A stretch of 64,000 bases of DNA from the human T2T-CHM13v2.0 reference genome, Homo sapiens (GCF_009914755.1 NC_060940.1); one strand, 5' to 3'; counted from the first letter of the stretch, positions 45,972 through 60,576 are shown. Notes: a model not told the origin generated them from the sequence alone. Numbers and translations are program-made.

Positions 45972-48753
45972 TTCAGAGAATTTTATAACTCAAGACCTGA
46001 TTCAGGACAAGAAAGAGAGGATAAATGGCACATCAGCCATACAAAAGTGAGATGGTGATGGTCCAAGTCCTAATCCCACTTGAGGAAATGCATGCCCTGC
46101 TCCATTTCCAAACACTTTGTGGACAGAGGTCCTTTCACTGAAGAACCAGCACCCACAGGACGCGTTCCTCACAGTGAACCCATATTTGATTAGCATGGAG
46201 ACAATCTGGATCATTTCTTGGACCATCACTACGACACTGAGCAGATGCCTTTGCCTCATTCTGGTCTCATCAGCCACCCGCACAGACCACTGGTGACTCT
46301 GAGAAAGAGAATGCTGGATGTCCCATGTGAGTGTCCAGCAGGGCCTATGGACAAACTGGGTGCTCCTGAGACAGTGTCTTCAGCATCTGCCTGAGATCCT
46401 AAGATCTTTAACAGAAGACTTTTAGTTTACTGATTTGGCCTGTGATGTGTGATTGGCGCTGATTTTCTCATAAGACTGACAATAGCAATGAAGGGTTGGC
46501 ATAGCAATTAGGAGTTCTTCATGAACTCCCAGCTCTCAGAATAATTTCCAAGGAATCTGTGTTTTGAATAGGCTTGGGTTTTATTTCTCACTCTATTGAA
46601 AATAATTTTGTGATGTATTTACATCAGGAAACAAGACACTCTAACAAGAGAGCTGTTTTTAGGTGAGGTGCAAAGTAGTGGAGAGATGGAGGTGTCCTTG
46701 AATTCTCAGAATTGCTGGAACTTGAATACCAAGTTCACCTCTGAAAGGCAGTAGTCTATCTGTGAGGATATCAATCAGCTCTGCCTTCAGGAATCTTTGG
46801 ATGTGGAAAAGATCAGGAGTGTGATTTATTTTTATCCATCGTGGTTAGAGGGAAACTTCCGGTCCCAGGAAGTGGGTGATTTTAACAGAAGCACCTGAGA
46901 CCTTTCCTTCTGAGTCGTTTTGAATCCTGAGATCTATTGGAGATCGTAGGAGAAAGCAATGGGGCAGATCTCCATTCTCCTTAATGTGTGATCCTGAGGA
47001 TGTGGCCTGACCTCTGTACACTTCCGTGTTAAAAGATGTAGATTGGGGATTGCAGTGACAATTTCATATGCAAACTCTATAATAGGTCAGCACTGGAGAA
47101 TAGTCTCATCACCAAGATTACTGCAATTACCTTTCCTGGGAACCAGAGAGAACCTCCGTGACCCCTCTCATCTGAGCACACAAGGAACTCTGCTTCTGCC
47201 CTGACAGATCACACCTGTGACACGGGGCAGGACAACGACAATCAAGTCTAGTGTCCTCATTCATATATTGACCAATCTAGCTCGATCCTTCTATCTCTGA
47301 AAGGCCCTCTCCTCCACTGAATTGCATGAACATACCTTTGGGTGTGGGGCATTACAGCTTTGTTATTTGATATTAGTTTAGTGAATTACATAATAAATAA
47401 TCTGCCTCCATGGACGCTGGCAACAGGAGAATCATCAGAAGCTGGGTGAGTCATATAATCAGGACAAAACTGTGCTCTCTTCTTCGGACCTGGAAAGAGT
47501 GGGCTGACCTTGTGTGGGGCAACAGAGGGGAGGAGACAGACCAAACATCCAGAACCAGGTGAGCACCTCACTTACCAGGTAGTCTCTGGGCCTTTTGTTT
47601 GAACACATGCAGAAGGACCTGTGCTCACCTTCAGGGAAATGGTGAACTTGGAGAAAAGATCACAGTGACCAATAATTTTTTACTTATCGAGAAAAAAGTG
47701 TCATAGGTCTCTATGCATCAGTATGCATGTGTACAGGTTGCTACACAAAAAAGAGGAAATTATATTAGCTGGAAAGAAAACCAAAGAGCTTCTGAATGCG
47801 TAGATGTTGTTATTCTCAAATATGCTAGCTCCCATTTTAGGATGCTGCTCCCTAGGGGCCAGGACACTGGGGCCGACAGAACATGCTGCTGAGGCTCAGT
47901 TCTGGACAAGAGCTACTGAGAACCAGAGACTCACTTCTTCCACACAGCCTCACTGATGGATGAAGGCTCTGCCCTGGGTGCAGCAGCACTGAAGACGTTG
48001 GCCCCCTGGTTCCCAACCCTGCTTCTATGGAAGAAGGTCTACCCCAGCAGGAGCTGCATGCTGATAAAGTGGAAAGTTTCTCCCCAACCCTGCACTGAGC
48101 ACTCAGCTCCTACCTTGAAGAAGAAAAACACTCCTAATCTCCACCTGCAGAATCTTATCTTGGAGCTCTGTCTCAGGAGCGGGGGTGAGGCTGAAATTTG
48201 GTCATAAAATAGAGTCCCGAATCTGGTCTTGAAGGACCTGACTTCATTTACAACAGAGTGTGGAGAATTACAAAGCCCAAGAGTTGCTTCAAAAACGGTG
48301 GAGGCTGTGGTAAAATGCACTTGGACGGAGATGGGTGAATGCATGGGAGATCCAGGCTAAACTGCAGGGCTGCTGGCCTGCAGGAGAGAACCAAGAAGAA
48401 AGAGAGCTGGGAAGAGTTCTCCTGGGATCAGTACAAATGTCAGGCACTGTTTGTTCAAAGGCGCCCATGTTTGTTTGGTTCCATCTGTAGAGCAACTTAG
48501 ACCTCAGTGCATTGTTGAAAATATAAACTTCCAACTGCAAGTAGTGGAGCTCAACATCTGGTCCTGGTCAGGGAAGAGACAGAGAGAGCCCAGCCCAAAC
48601 CAATGACATGTGAGGGTGACAGTGAAATCCACAACTGTGTCTCTGGGGATCTTTCAGGCAGGCCTTCTGTCACTCAGAAGAAAGTCTGGAGTTCACCTGT
48701 AATGCTTTATGTCAAATTTTCAAAGACATTCATGTTGTTTTTAGTTTCTAACA

Positions 48754-48774
48754 TACACACACCACACACACACA

Positions 48775-48814
<40 letters not shown>
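48754..48814. repeat. (CA)n microsatellite
   Basis: Directly visible. Confidence 0.93.
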
Positions 48815-48816
<2 letters not shown>

Positions 48817-48829
48817 GTTAAACATCTGA

Positions 48830-50120
48830 ATACATGTGTGTGAACATATGATTTTAATCCTTTGTAGGACATACTTAGGAGTGAGAGTTCTAGGTCATGG
48901 ATTAAGGACATGTTTAATTGTATAGGAAACTGTAAATGATTTTCCCAGAAACTGTTTCATTTTGCATTCCCACTAGCAATATATTAGTCTCTAGGGTGAC
49001 TGACTTCTTCACCAACGCTGATATTGTCAGTATTTCTTCTTTATTTTTTGTCTTTCTAGGAAGTCTATGGTAGTGTCTCCTTTTGGTCTTGATTTGCAGT
49101 TCTCTAGTGGAAAATCACATTCATATGCTGGTGTGTCATCTGTACATCTTCGAGGTTTGCCAGTTCATATTATAATTACATTGGTAGATATATGACTTGC
49201 AAATATTTTCTCCTTTGCAGCTTGTCCTTAATTTTCTTGATAGTCACTTGAGTAGAAAATGTTTTAAAATTTGAAGTTCAACTAACGTTATTTTCATTTA
49301 TTGGTCACAATTTTAATTTTCAGTATTGTTGATCAACTGTTAATAATCATATTTTAATTATATTTGTTTTTATTTTATATGTATAAATTTGTGGGGAGTG
49401 ACTGCAATTTTGTTACATATATATATTGCATAGTAGTCTTGGCTTTAATGTATCCATGATCCAAATAATGTACATTGTACCCATTAAGTAATTTCTCACC
49501 ATTCTCCCACCTTCTGCTCTCCCATCTTTCTGAGTCTCCAGTGTCCATCATTCCTTTCTCTATGTCCCTGTGCACATATGAGTTAGCTCTCATTTATAAG
49601 TGAGAACATGTGGTGTGTGATGTTCTGTTTCTCAATTATTATACTTAAAATAATGATGAATTCCATCCATGTAGCTGCAAAAGATATGATTGCATTCCTT
49701 CATATGGCTGGATAGTATTTAAATGTATATATATGTAACATTTTCTTTATAAAATTATCTGTTGTTAGGCATAGGTTAATTCCTAAGTTTGATGACTGGG
49801 CTATTATGAATAGTTCTGCAAGAAAACAAAAGTCGGCTTATCATTCTGATATAATGATTTATTTTTCCTTTAGGTAGTTATTTGTGGTTATCGAATCAAA
49901 GTAGTTCTACTTTTACTTCTTTGAAAAATCTCCATACTGTTTTCCATAGAGGCTGTGCTAATCTACATCCTCACCACAAGTGTCCGAGCGTTCCTTTTGC
50001 CTTCAATCCTCACCAATACCTGTTATTTTTGGCTCTTTAATAGTAGCCATTCTGACTGGTTTAAGAAATATCATTGCAGTTTTAATTTGCATCTCCCTGA
50101 TAATTAGTGCTGTTTAGCAT
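48830..50120 (-). mobile_element. L1M/L1MA 3' fragments
   Basis: tagctctcatttataagtgagaacatgtgg, tccatactgttttccatagaggctgt. Confidence 0.75.
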
Positions 50121-50635
50121 TGTTTACTTATTTATCATCCAGCATTTTCCCATGTATATCAATACATCAACTGGTGTACCTTAAATACATACAATTTTAT
50201 TTGTCAACTTTAGCTCCATAAAGCTGAAAATGTAACTCAGTCTTATAATAAAAAAATGCATACTTATATTTCTACGTATTTTATCAATATGTGAGAATAT
50301 AAACAGAAAAACTTGTACGAAAATAGTTATAACAGTTTGTTTATAACATTTATGTTGGAAAGAAATTTAAATTTCATCAACAGGAAAACAAATATACATA
50401 TTGTCATTATTTCACATAATAAACTGATTTATTTACTTAATAAACTGTCATTTACTGATGTTATGGATTGATTCAGATATGAAATATTCATATGTGTATT
50501 AGTACATACATATGTATATATATGATGACAAAACCTTGAGACATGAAATTACATAAATAAACCTAAAAAATAGCAAAAATAAGTTCAAAACAGAAAAAAT
50601 TAACCTATAGTGACAAAAATTAGAACATTTTTCTA

Positions 50636-53600
50636 TTTGCATTTTTCTGATGGTTAGTGATGATGAGAATCTTTTAAAATATTGCTGGCCACCTGTAAGT
50701 CTTCTTTTCAGAAGTGTCTGTTCTTGTTATTTGCCCATTTATTAATGGGGTTATTTGTCTTTGGATTCTTGATTTGTTTAAGTTTCCTATACATTCTTGA
50801 TATGGTTTGATTGTGTCCCCACACAAATCTTATCATGAATTGTTGCTCCCATAATTACCATGTGTTGTGGGAGGGACCCCGTGGGAGATAATTGAATCAT
50901 GGTGGGGGGGTCTTTCCCATGCTATTCTCATGATAGTGAATTAGTCTCATGAGATCTGGTGATTTGATAAAGGGGAGTTTCCCTGCATGAGTTCTCCTCT
51001 CTTGCTGATGATTTTATAAAGGGGAGTTTCCCTGCATGTCCTCTCTTCTCTTGTATGCCACCATGTGATATGTGCCTTTCACATTCTGCCATGATTTCGA
51101 GGCTTCCCCAGCAACGTGGAAGTGTGAGTCTATTAAACCTCTTTCTCTTGTAAATGCCCAGTCTCAGGTACGTCTTTATCAGCAGCATGAAAAGCAACTA
51201 ATACAGTAAATTGGTATCAGTTGAGTGAAGTGCTACTGATAAGATACTCAAAAACATAAAAGCGAATTTGGAACTGGAAAACACACTGAGGATGAAACAG
51301 TTTGGAGGGCTCAGAAGAAGACAGAAAAAAATGTGTGAAAGTTTGAAACTCTCTAGAGATTTGTTGAATGGCTTTGGCCAAAATGCTGATAATGATGTGA
51401 ACAATAAAATCCAGGCTGAGGTGGCCTCAGATGGAGACGAGGAACTTGTTGGGAACTGGAGCAAAGTTGACTCTAGTTAGGCTTTAGCAAAGATACTGGT
51501 GGCATTTTGCCTCTGCCTTAGAGATTTGTGGAACTTTGAGCTTGAGAGAGATGATACCAGGTATCTGGCAGTAAAAAATTCTAAGCAACAAAGTATTCAA
51601 GGTGTGACTTGGGTGCTGTTAAACACACTCAGTTTTAAAAAGGAGGTAGAACATAAAAGTTCAGAAAATTTGCAGCCCGACAATGCAATAGAAAATAAAA
51701 TCCCATTTTCTTAGGATAAATTCAAGCCAGCTGCGTAAATTTACATAAGTAATGAGGACCCAAATGTTGGTCACCAAGACAATGCAGAAAATGTTCCAGG
51801 GCATGTCAGAGACTTTTGTGGAAGGTTCTCCCATCGTAAGCCAGAGACCTAGGAGGAAAAAATGGTTTCATGGGCTGGGCTCAGGGTCCCTCTGCTATGT
51901 GCAGTCTAGGGACCTGGTTCCTTGCATCGGAGCTGCTCCAGCCATGATTAAAAGGGGCCAAGGTACATACAACTCAGGCTGTGGCTTCAAGGGGTGAAAG
52001 CCCCAAGCCTTAGCATCTTCCATTTGGTGTTGAGCCTGCAGGTGCACACAAGTCAAGAATTGAGGTTTAATAACCTCTGCCCAGATTTCGGAGGATGTAT
52101 GTAAATGCCTGGATGTCCAGACAGAAGGTGGCTGCAGGGAGGGGCCCACATGGGAAACTCTGTTAGGGGCAGCGAGGAAAGAAAATGTGGGGTGTGTGCT
52201 TTCACACAGAGTCCCCACTGGTGCATTGCCTAGTGAAGCTATGATTAGAAGGCCACAGTTATTCAGACCCCAGAATAGTAGATCCACCAACAGCTTGCAC
52301 CATGCACCTAGAAAAGCCATGGACACTCAGAGCAAGCCAGTGAAAGCAGCTGGGTGAAAGACTGTACCCTGCAAAGCCAGAGGCATATAGCTGCCCAAGA
52401 CCATGGGAACCCAACACTTACATCAGCATGACCTGGATGTGAGACATGGAGTCAAAATAGATCTTTTTTGAGCTTTAAGATTTGACTGTCCCACTGGATT
52501 TTGGACTTGTACAGGGCCTTTAGCCCCTTTGCTTTGGCCAATTTCTGCCATTTGGAATTGCTCTATTTACCCAATACCTGTACTCCCATTGTGTCTAGGA
52601 AGTAACTAACTTACTTTTGATTTTACAGGCTCATAGGCAGAAGGGACTTGCCTTGTCTCAGATGAGGCCTTGGAATGTGGACATTTCAGTTAATGCTGAA
52701 ATAAGTTAAGAATTTGGGACTGTTGGGAAGGCATGATCCATTTTGAAATGTGTGTACATGAGATTTAGGAGGAGCCAGGGGCAGAATGATATGATTTGAC
52801 TGTGTCCCCACCCAATTCTCATCTTAATTGGAGCTTCAGTAATTTCCTAATATTGTGGAATAAACCCCCTGTGAGATAATTAAATCGTGGGGGCGGGTCT
52901 TTCCCATGCTATTCTCTTGAGAGTGAATGTCTCATAATATCTGATAGTTTTATAAAGGGGGATTTTCCTGCACAAGTTCTCTTTTCTTGTCTGCTGCCAT
53001 ATGGGACGTGCCTTTCACATTCCACCATGACTGTGAGGCCTCTCTAGCCTTGTGGAACTGTGGATCAAACCTCTTCTTCTTCTTTTATGATAAATTGCCT
53101 AATATCGGGTATGTCTTTATTAGCAGCATGAAAACCAACTAATACAATTCTGGATATTAGGGCATTGTTGGATGCAACATTTGTGAATAACTTCCCACAA
53201 TCTGTAGGTTGTCTGCTCACTATGCTGATAGTTTTGTTTGTTTGTTTGTTTGGTTGGTTGGTTAGCTGGTTGGTTTGCTGCATAGTAACTCTTTAGCAAA
53301 TTAGTCTCTCCTTATCTATTTTTGTTTTTGTTGCAATTGCTTTTGGATACTTAGCCAAAAAGTATTTGTCAAAGCTGGTGTTGAGAAGAGTATTTTCATG
53401 TTGTCTTCAAGGATTTTTATAGTTTGATGTCTTACATTTAAATCTTTTATCAATTTTGAGTTAATTTTTATATATGTTGAAAGCAGACATCCAGTTTGAA
53501 TCTTTGTCATATGGCTAGCTAGTTGTCCCAGTACCATTTATGGAACAGGGAATTCCTTTCTCATTTCTTGCTTTTTTGTCAGCCTTATCAAATATCATAT

Positions 53601-54274
53601 GGTTGTAGGTGTGCAGCCTCACACCACTCAAATTTTTATCACTAAAAAGTCAAAAACCAGTGGATACTGATGGGGCTGTGGTGAAAAGAAAACACTTACA
53701 CACTGTTAATGGGAATATAAATTAGTCCACCCACTTTGGAAAGCAGACTGGAGATTTCTCAAAGAACTTAAAACGGAGATATTATATGAACCAGCTATCC
53801 TTCTACATGGTATACACTACAAGGTAAACAAATAATTCTACCAAAGAGACACATGTGTGTGTATGTTTATTGCTGTGTTATTCACAGTGGCAAAGACAAA
53901 GATCAGCCCAGATGCACATCGATGGTAGAGTGGATATATAAAATGTGGTATATGTAAAATGTATAATACTACACAGCCATAAAAAAGAATGAAATCATGT
54001 CCTTTGCAGCAAAACAAATGGAGCTGGAGTTCTTAATCCTAAACAAATTAATTCAGGAAAAGAAAACTGAACACCACATATTCTCCTAAGTGGCACCTCA
54101 GCATTGAGCACACATGGATAAATATGGGAGCAACAGACACTGTGTACTGCTAGACAGTGGAGGGAGAGGGTGATGAAATCTGTATTCCAAACCTCAGCAT
54201 CACCCAATAATCCCATGTAACAAATCCACACATGAACCCTCTGTTTCTAAATTATAAAGTTGAAATAAAAAAAA
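50636..54274 (+). mobile_element. L1 (L1PB-like) with 5' inversion: inverted part 50636-53618 (split by THE1), sense part ~53618-54274 with poly-A
   Basis: The inverted piece ends at catcagaaaaatgcaaa, just upstream in L1 consensus order of the sense-piece start ctcacaccactca. Confidence 0.75.
50798..53146 (+). mobile_element. Full-length THE1 (MaLR): 5'LTR 50798-51205, internal 51206-52786, 3'LTR 52787-53146
   Basis: TG...CA LTR termini, polypurine tract ggagccaggggcagaa, perfect TSD ATTCT (50793-50797, 53147-53151). Confidence 0.93.
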
Positions 54275-54639
54275 TCCTTATGGGAGAACTAACTTGAAGC
54301 ACTGAAGAGGACACTTTGTGGGGAGATGGACCTGTTCCTCACCCTCACTTAGCTGCTGTAGACAAGTATGTGCACATTTGCCTGGAACCCTCTAACTGTA
54401 CCTGGAAAATCTGTGCATTTTGTATATGCTAATTTTATCTCACAAAAATGGAAAATAGACAATTGTAGAAAAATATTTTATATTAAAATTAAAATCTTAA
54501 AATAAATATGAAAATTCAAATACAAAATGAGAATGTGATTGTTACAATAATTATTAATGTGCATTCAGCTATATCTACTAGAATAAAATCACAGAAATAA
54601 GAAAGATAAATGTAACATCTGAAAATAAAAAAATTAATG

Positions 54640-56880
54640 AACACACCGAAGACACCTGGGACCCACAGGTGGGGTGACTTGACCTTCAGTCATCCTCTTG
54701 GTGATTTGAGGGTTTTCCCAGGAAACGATGAGACATAGTTTTTCAATGGGGCTCTGGTGACCCTGGTGAGATGTCTGAAGGTCCCCGAGGCCTGACCATC
54801 CAGCCAGCGCCCCTGGCCTCTGGACGCCCTGCCTGCCCTGCAGAGGCGGTTGGCAGTGCCACCTGGCTTTTGGCCGGGTCCTGGGGAGGCAGAGAGAGGC
54901 CAATTTTGGTTCTCACTCCTGGCCCCCCAGAGGGCACAGTGAGGAGCCAGTAGGGAGAGGATAGGAGAAGAGGAGGAGGAGCGGTGTCCCCGGCAGCAGG
55001 ATTCCCACTTGGAGCACAAAGTGAAGCAAGCACAGGGGAGGGGGACTAGAATCAGTCCCCCACAGCAAGCACAGAAAGGAGGAGCTGCGCAGAAGGCAGA
55101 GCCCCCCAGCCCCTGGGGCCTGGCTGGGGAAGGTCCGCACTTAGGGAGAGCTGGGAGCTGTTGAAGGTTTGGGGGGAGGGGAAACGGGTTGTGTTTCTTC
55201 ATTTCTTTTTTTGTTTTTGACTTTGTTGGTTCATCCTTATTTTCTAGCTTTGGATCATTTTTGTACCAAGGCGAGCAAGCCTTTTTGAAAAATAACAAAA
55301 GAGGAAAAAAAAAATCCCTCCTGGAAAAAAAAAAAAACCCTGGAAAATAGAAAAAAAAAAAGGACCTCATAAATGATGCAATTACTTTTAATTGCAGGCA
55401 ACTCTTTACATTTAAGTGAAGTGTCTTAACATTTTATACGGTTTTAAAAATATATTTACATATTCTATATATAATATACGTAATATAAATATATATAAAT
55501 ATTTAAAAAAGAAAAAAGTAAACCACGGCACTCTTCCTGGCCACTGTTTTGGTGGGGGAGGGGGGCTGGGGGGGGCGGGCACGTCTGCCTGGCTTCTGTG
55601 GTCCCAGTGAAATGGTCTGGTTTGATTTGGCTGTACAGAGATCCCCTGACTTGGGAGGGGAGGGGGGAGTGGTGCCCCCTCCTCCCTCCACTCCATTACT
55701 CTCTGCTTGCTACTTCGCTTGCCCCCAGCTCCCACCCTCAGCCCTGTGACTGGAATGTGTGCCCCACCGTCATTGTCCTGAGTTGAATGTCCCTTTGTTG
55801 GGGAGGTGGGGGGGTAGTGTCCATCCACGAAGGAGCAGAAGGAGGGAGCCACGGGCCCTGCCCCAACCGCTCGGGGGAAGCCCAGTGGGATTTGCATCTT
55901 TCTTTCCCTTTGGTTCCTGCACATTTATGGGCTGGGAGGCATCCGTGTGGAATTGCGTGCAGCCTGTGTGTGTGCTGGCACAAGCCCATGCACTGTGTGT
56001 GCAGACGCATGGCGCCTGCACCCACAGGCATGGCCGAGCACATGTGTGGGGGAAGGTGTGGGCACATAGGTGCATGTAACCTGTTTGCGCATTGGCACGT
56101 GCCTACCTGCATGTGAGCGTGAGAGGAGCTTTGTGTGTGAGAACATGTGTAATGTGTGTGCAGACATGCCGAGCGCCAGAGACTTGTGTGTGGGCCACGT
56201 ACATGTGGACAGAGACGCATACATGGAGGTGCATGTAATCTGTGTCTCCGTGTGTGTGCACGTATGTGTGCTGGTGCAGACCCAGGTGTGTGGGTGTGCC
56301 TCTGTGTGCGTGTGTTCCATCATCCCTGCACCACTGGCTCCAGATCCCTTCCTGAGCCCCCGTCCCCACTGGCCCTCTCACAGCCTGCAACACATCAGTG
56401 CCCCCAGCTGCATGCGCCTCGCTGCTCTGTCCATCAGTGTGTGCTTGACCAAGAGAAAACTAAGACGTCTCGGGGGGCCCCTGTACCTGGTCCTCTCAGC
56501 CCCCGCCCACTGTGCTGTGTTACTCACATGGGGGATTTCCTGCCCCTTCCACAATATGCTGTTTCCCCCAGGAGGCTCAGGCCTGAGGCTCGGAGTGGGG
56601 TCCCCAGGGGGCCCCCTGGGGTGAGCCCCGGCTCCACACCCTGCCCCATCCACCCTGTAGGGCCCATGTTGGTGTAGCGGTGATGGCTTCTGTGGATATT
56701 CTGTGACCTCTGTCGGTGTAACTTGACAATTTCTAAATGGAAAAGGGTTGCTGCGTTTTCTCTGTCTCTTTTTTTAATGTCCTTTTTTCTTCTCCCCACC
56801 TCCCTGCTCTCTTTCCTTTTCAGTTTTTCTAGCCAAGTGTTTGGGGCTTTAATAAAACTTGTTTCTTTTTCCTCTCCTGG
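54640..56880 (+). other. Duplicated 3'UTR-like terminal-exon fragment with no coding part in the window (possibly SRCIN1-derived; unverified)
   Basis: Abrupt GC-rich, transposon-free 2.2 kb with U/A-rich tracts, AATAAA at 56851-56856 and downstream U-rich element; no poly-A tail. Confidence 0.55.
56851..56856 (+). terminator. Polyadenylation signal
   Basis: AATAAA followed by cttgtttctttttcc. Confidence 0.6.
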
Positions 56881-56996
56881 ATCTCCTTCCTATAGGCTGA
56901 TGTCTCATTATTTCTCTGCTTCACTCTGGAGGATCTGGAAGGTGCTGGGATGGGTGGGGTGGCAGGTGGGGAATCCCTGGCAGCCACTGGCCTTCA

Positions 56997-57415
<419 letters not shown>

Positions 57416-57520
57416 GGTTACCCTAAAACCAAGCAGGGCTGATGACCTCCAGCAGTCCCCTGAATTGGGTCTCAGCCTCCTGCCCTTTGAGTGAGATGAC
57501 CCTTGGTGGGGGTCCACCAA

Positions 57521-57832
57521 TCTTTTCTTTCTTTTCTTTTTTTTCTTTTTTTTAGACGGGGTCTCCCTCTGTCACCCAGGCTGGAGTGCATGAGTACAGC
57601 TCACTATAGCCTCAACTTCCCTGGGCTCAGGTAATCGTCCCATCTCAGCCTCCCAAGTAGCTGGGACTACAGGTGCCTGCCACCACACCTGGCTACATTT
57701 TTTTGTATTTTTTATAGAGACGAGGTTTCGCCATGTTGCCCAGGCTGGTCTCGAACTCCTGAGCTCAAGTGATCTGCCCACCTCGGCCTTCCAAAGTGCT
57801 GGGATTACAGGCGTGAACCACCGAGCCCGGCC
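57521..57832 (-). mobile_element. Alu (AluJ-like)
   Basis: Reverse-complement Alu with J-type features. Confidence 0.9.
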
Positions 57833-59036
57833 ACACCCATCTTTTCTAGATGCAGCAGCTTTCAAACCCGTAAAGTGGTAACAATACAAAATGCATTTGA
57901 CACCTCTGTGCTTTAGGTATGTACAGACATGTGCACAAACAGCCACAGCAAAGCAGCACCTGCTACACAGAGCACCATGGTGTATGCCACGGGTCCTGAT
58001 TGGGTTTTACAGGCTTTCCCGGAATTCTGAAGGCTGTGCCACTGTTCCAGCCTGTTCTAAGAGTCCCCGAGTCTGCCTTCCAGCTGTTCTGCATGACTGA
58101 GGGCTGGCATGTTACCGAATCTCTTCTCCCCCCTCAGCATCACTTCACTTCCATCCCTGAAGGTAGTGACCGTGTCCTGGAGCCACAATCTTCCAGTCAT
58201 CACAGGGGCCCCAGTTGCAGTTTCTTCTCCTAAAGACCTCTTTGGAGACAGAGGGCAGCAACCTGCCTACTGTCTGCAGGGAATGCCCCTCCATGAGTCA
58301 CCCACCCACCAAAGCCCAGCAACCCTTGAGACTCACAGAAAGCCAGTCCCCAGCCTGCCCGTAACCCATCCCTATGTCCTTTTTAGAATGTCAGCAGATC
58401 TTGCCTTCTCTCTGCCATCCTATTCCCCAAAAACTGGGAGAGGAGCCAAAAAAAACCCTCTCCCAGAATCACTGCACTCATGACAGTTCAAGATCAAGTA
58501 ACAAACGGAACCATCCGCTGCACACCTGGAAGGAGGCCAGCACTCATTCAGCCGCCAGATGCCTATCCAGGATGCACTCCCTGTGAGGCACTGCTCATCC
58601 ACTCCTTGGGGCTGGGGCTCTGTCTGGCAGGGGAGCTGCCAGGACAGCCAGCAGACAGAACACAGACACCCGAGCTCAACCAAGGCAGGTGCTGGGAGCA
58701 CACAAGGAAAAGGCCAGTGACAGGTGTGGTGGGGAGTAGCAGGGTTGGTCACATTTGAGAGGAGACCTTGTGGGTGGGTGAGGAGTGGGCTTTGGGGGTG
58801 CTGGTGGCTGAGGGTCCCAGGCACAAGGCCCTGGGTGGGACGTAACCAGTGGGTTCTGGAAAATGAAGGAAATCCAAGAAGAGTGAGGAGGGGAAAGTGC
58901 AGTGTGGTGGGCAGAAGACACCTCATGTGAGGCCTTATGGGCTGTGGTAAGGAAGGTGCCATGGAAAACAATAGGAGGGTTTAAAGTAAGAAAGTGTCAT
59001 GAACTGACATGTTGTTTCAGAAGTTGTCTCAGAGTG

Positions 59037-59485
<449 letters not shown>

Positions 59486-59492
59486 TACAATA

Positions 59493-59585
59493 CTGCCTAC
59501 TGTCTGCAGGGAAGGCCCCTCCATGAGTCACCCACCCACCAAAGCCTAGCAAACCTTGAGACTTACAGAAAGCCAGTCCCCAGCC
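59493..59585 (+). repeat. 93-bp dispersed direct duplicate of 58263-58355
   Basis: 4 mismatches in 93 bp, offset 1230 bp. Confidence 0.95.
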
Positions 59586-59606
59586 CTGTCTCAAAAATGA
59601 AAAATA

Positions 59607-59960
<354 letters not shown>

Positions 59961-60576
59961 TTATGATACTAATTGCTACAATTTATGAAGAGTCCGTTAA
60001 TCTTCTAACAACCCAGACAATAGATATTATTACCTCTGTGCTATCAGTGGGGAAGGCTGACTCTGGCCAAGATTTGAGTGCGATCTGACTGCCTTCAGAG
60101 CTCAGGTTCCTGATGGAGAGGAGGCAGGCGCTACTTGACGTGTAGTGGTCGGGGAAGCCCTCAGCTTCTCTCCTTCACTGTATGCACATCCTCTCTGGGC
60201 CCCCCTGGGCATTTTCAGACTGATCATTGAGTGGCTTAAGTGGTCCCTGAGCTCAGAGTGACAGAGCACCATCCACAGGATGGGGGCCTGGGGCTAGTGG
60301 CATCTGTGCCCCTTAACTGAGAACAGGCTTCCTCGAAGCTCACTGGTGCTGACTGGCTGATACCACTCATAATGGCACACCTGGCAGGGGGATCCCTCCA
60401 TCCCCTCCCCTTTGTCATTGTTCCAGAAATCTTCACTCAAAATCTCAGCCTGTGCTTTAGTTCAGGGTGACAATCATGCTGCCTCTCTGTGTCCATACTA
60501 GAAGGGCAGGAAAAAATCTCTATTCCTTTCACCTAAGCCCTCATAGATTTGGAGTTTTCCCAAAGAAATGTTTCCT

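Noticed and set aside
47061-47200. Plus-strand octamer-like ATGCAAAC with tataat
   Set aside because: Imperfect octamer with no leader or V exon following.
51206-52786. THE1 internal ORFs as a coding gene
   Set aside because: Broken by stops and frameshifts into short pieces, typical of a decayed MaLR internal region.
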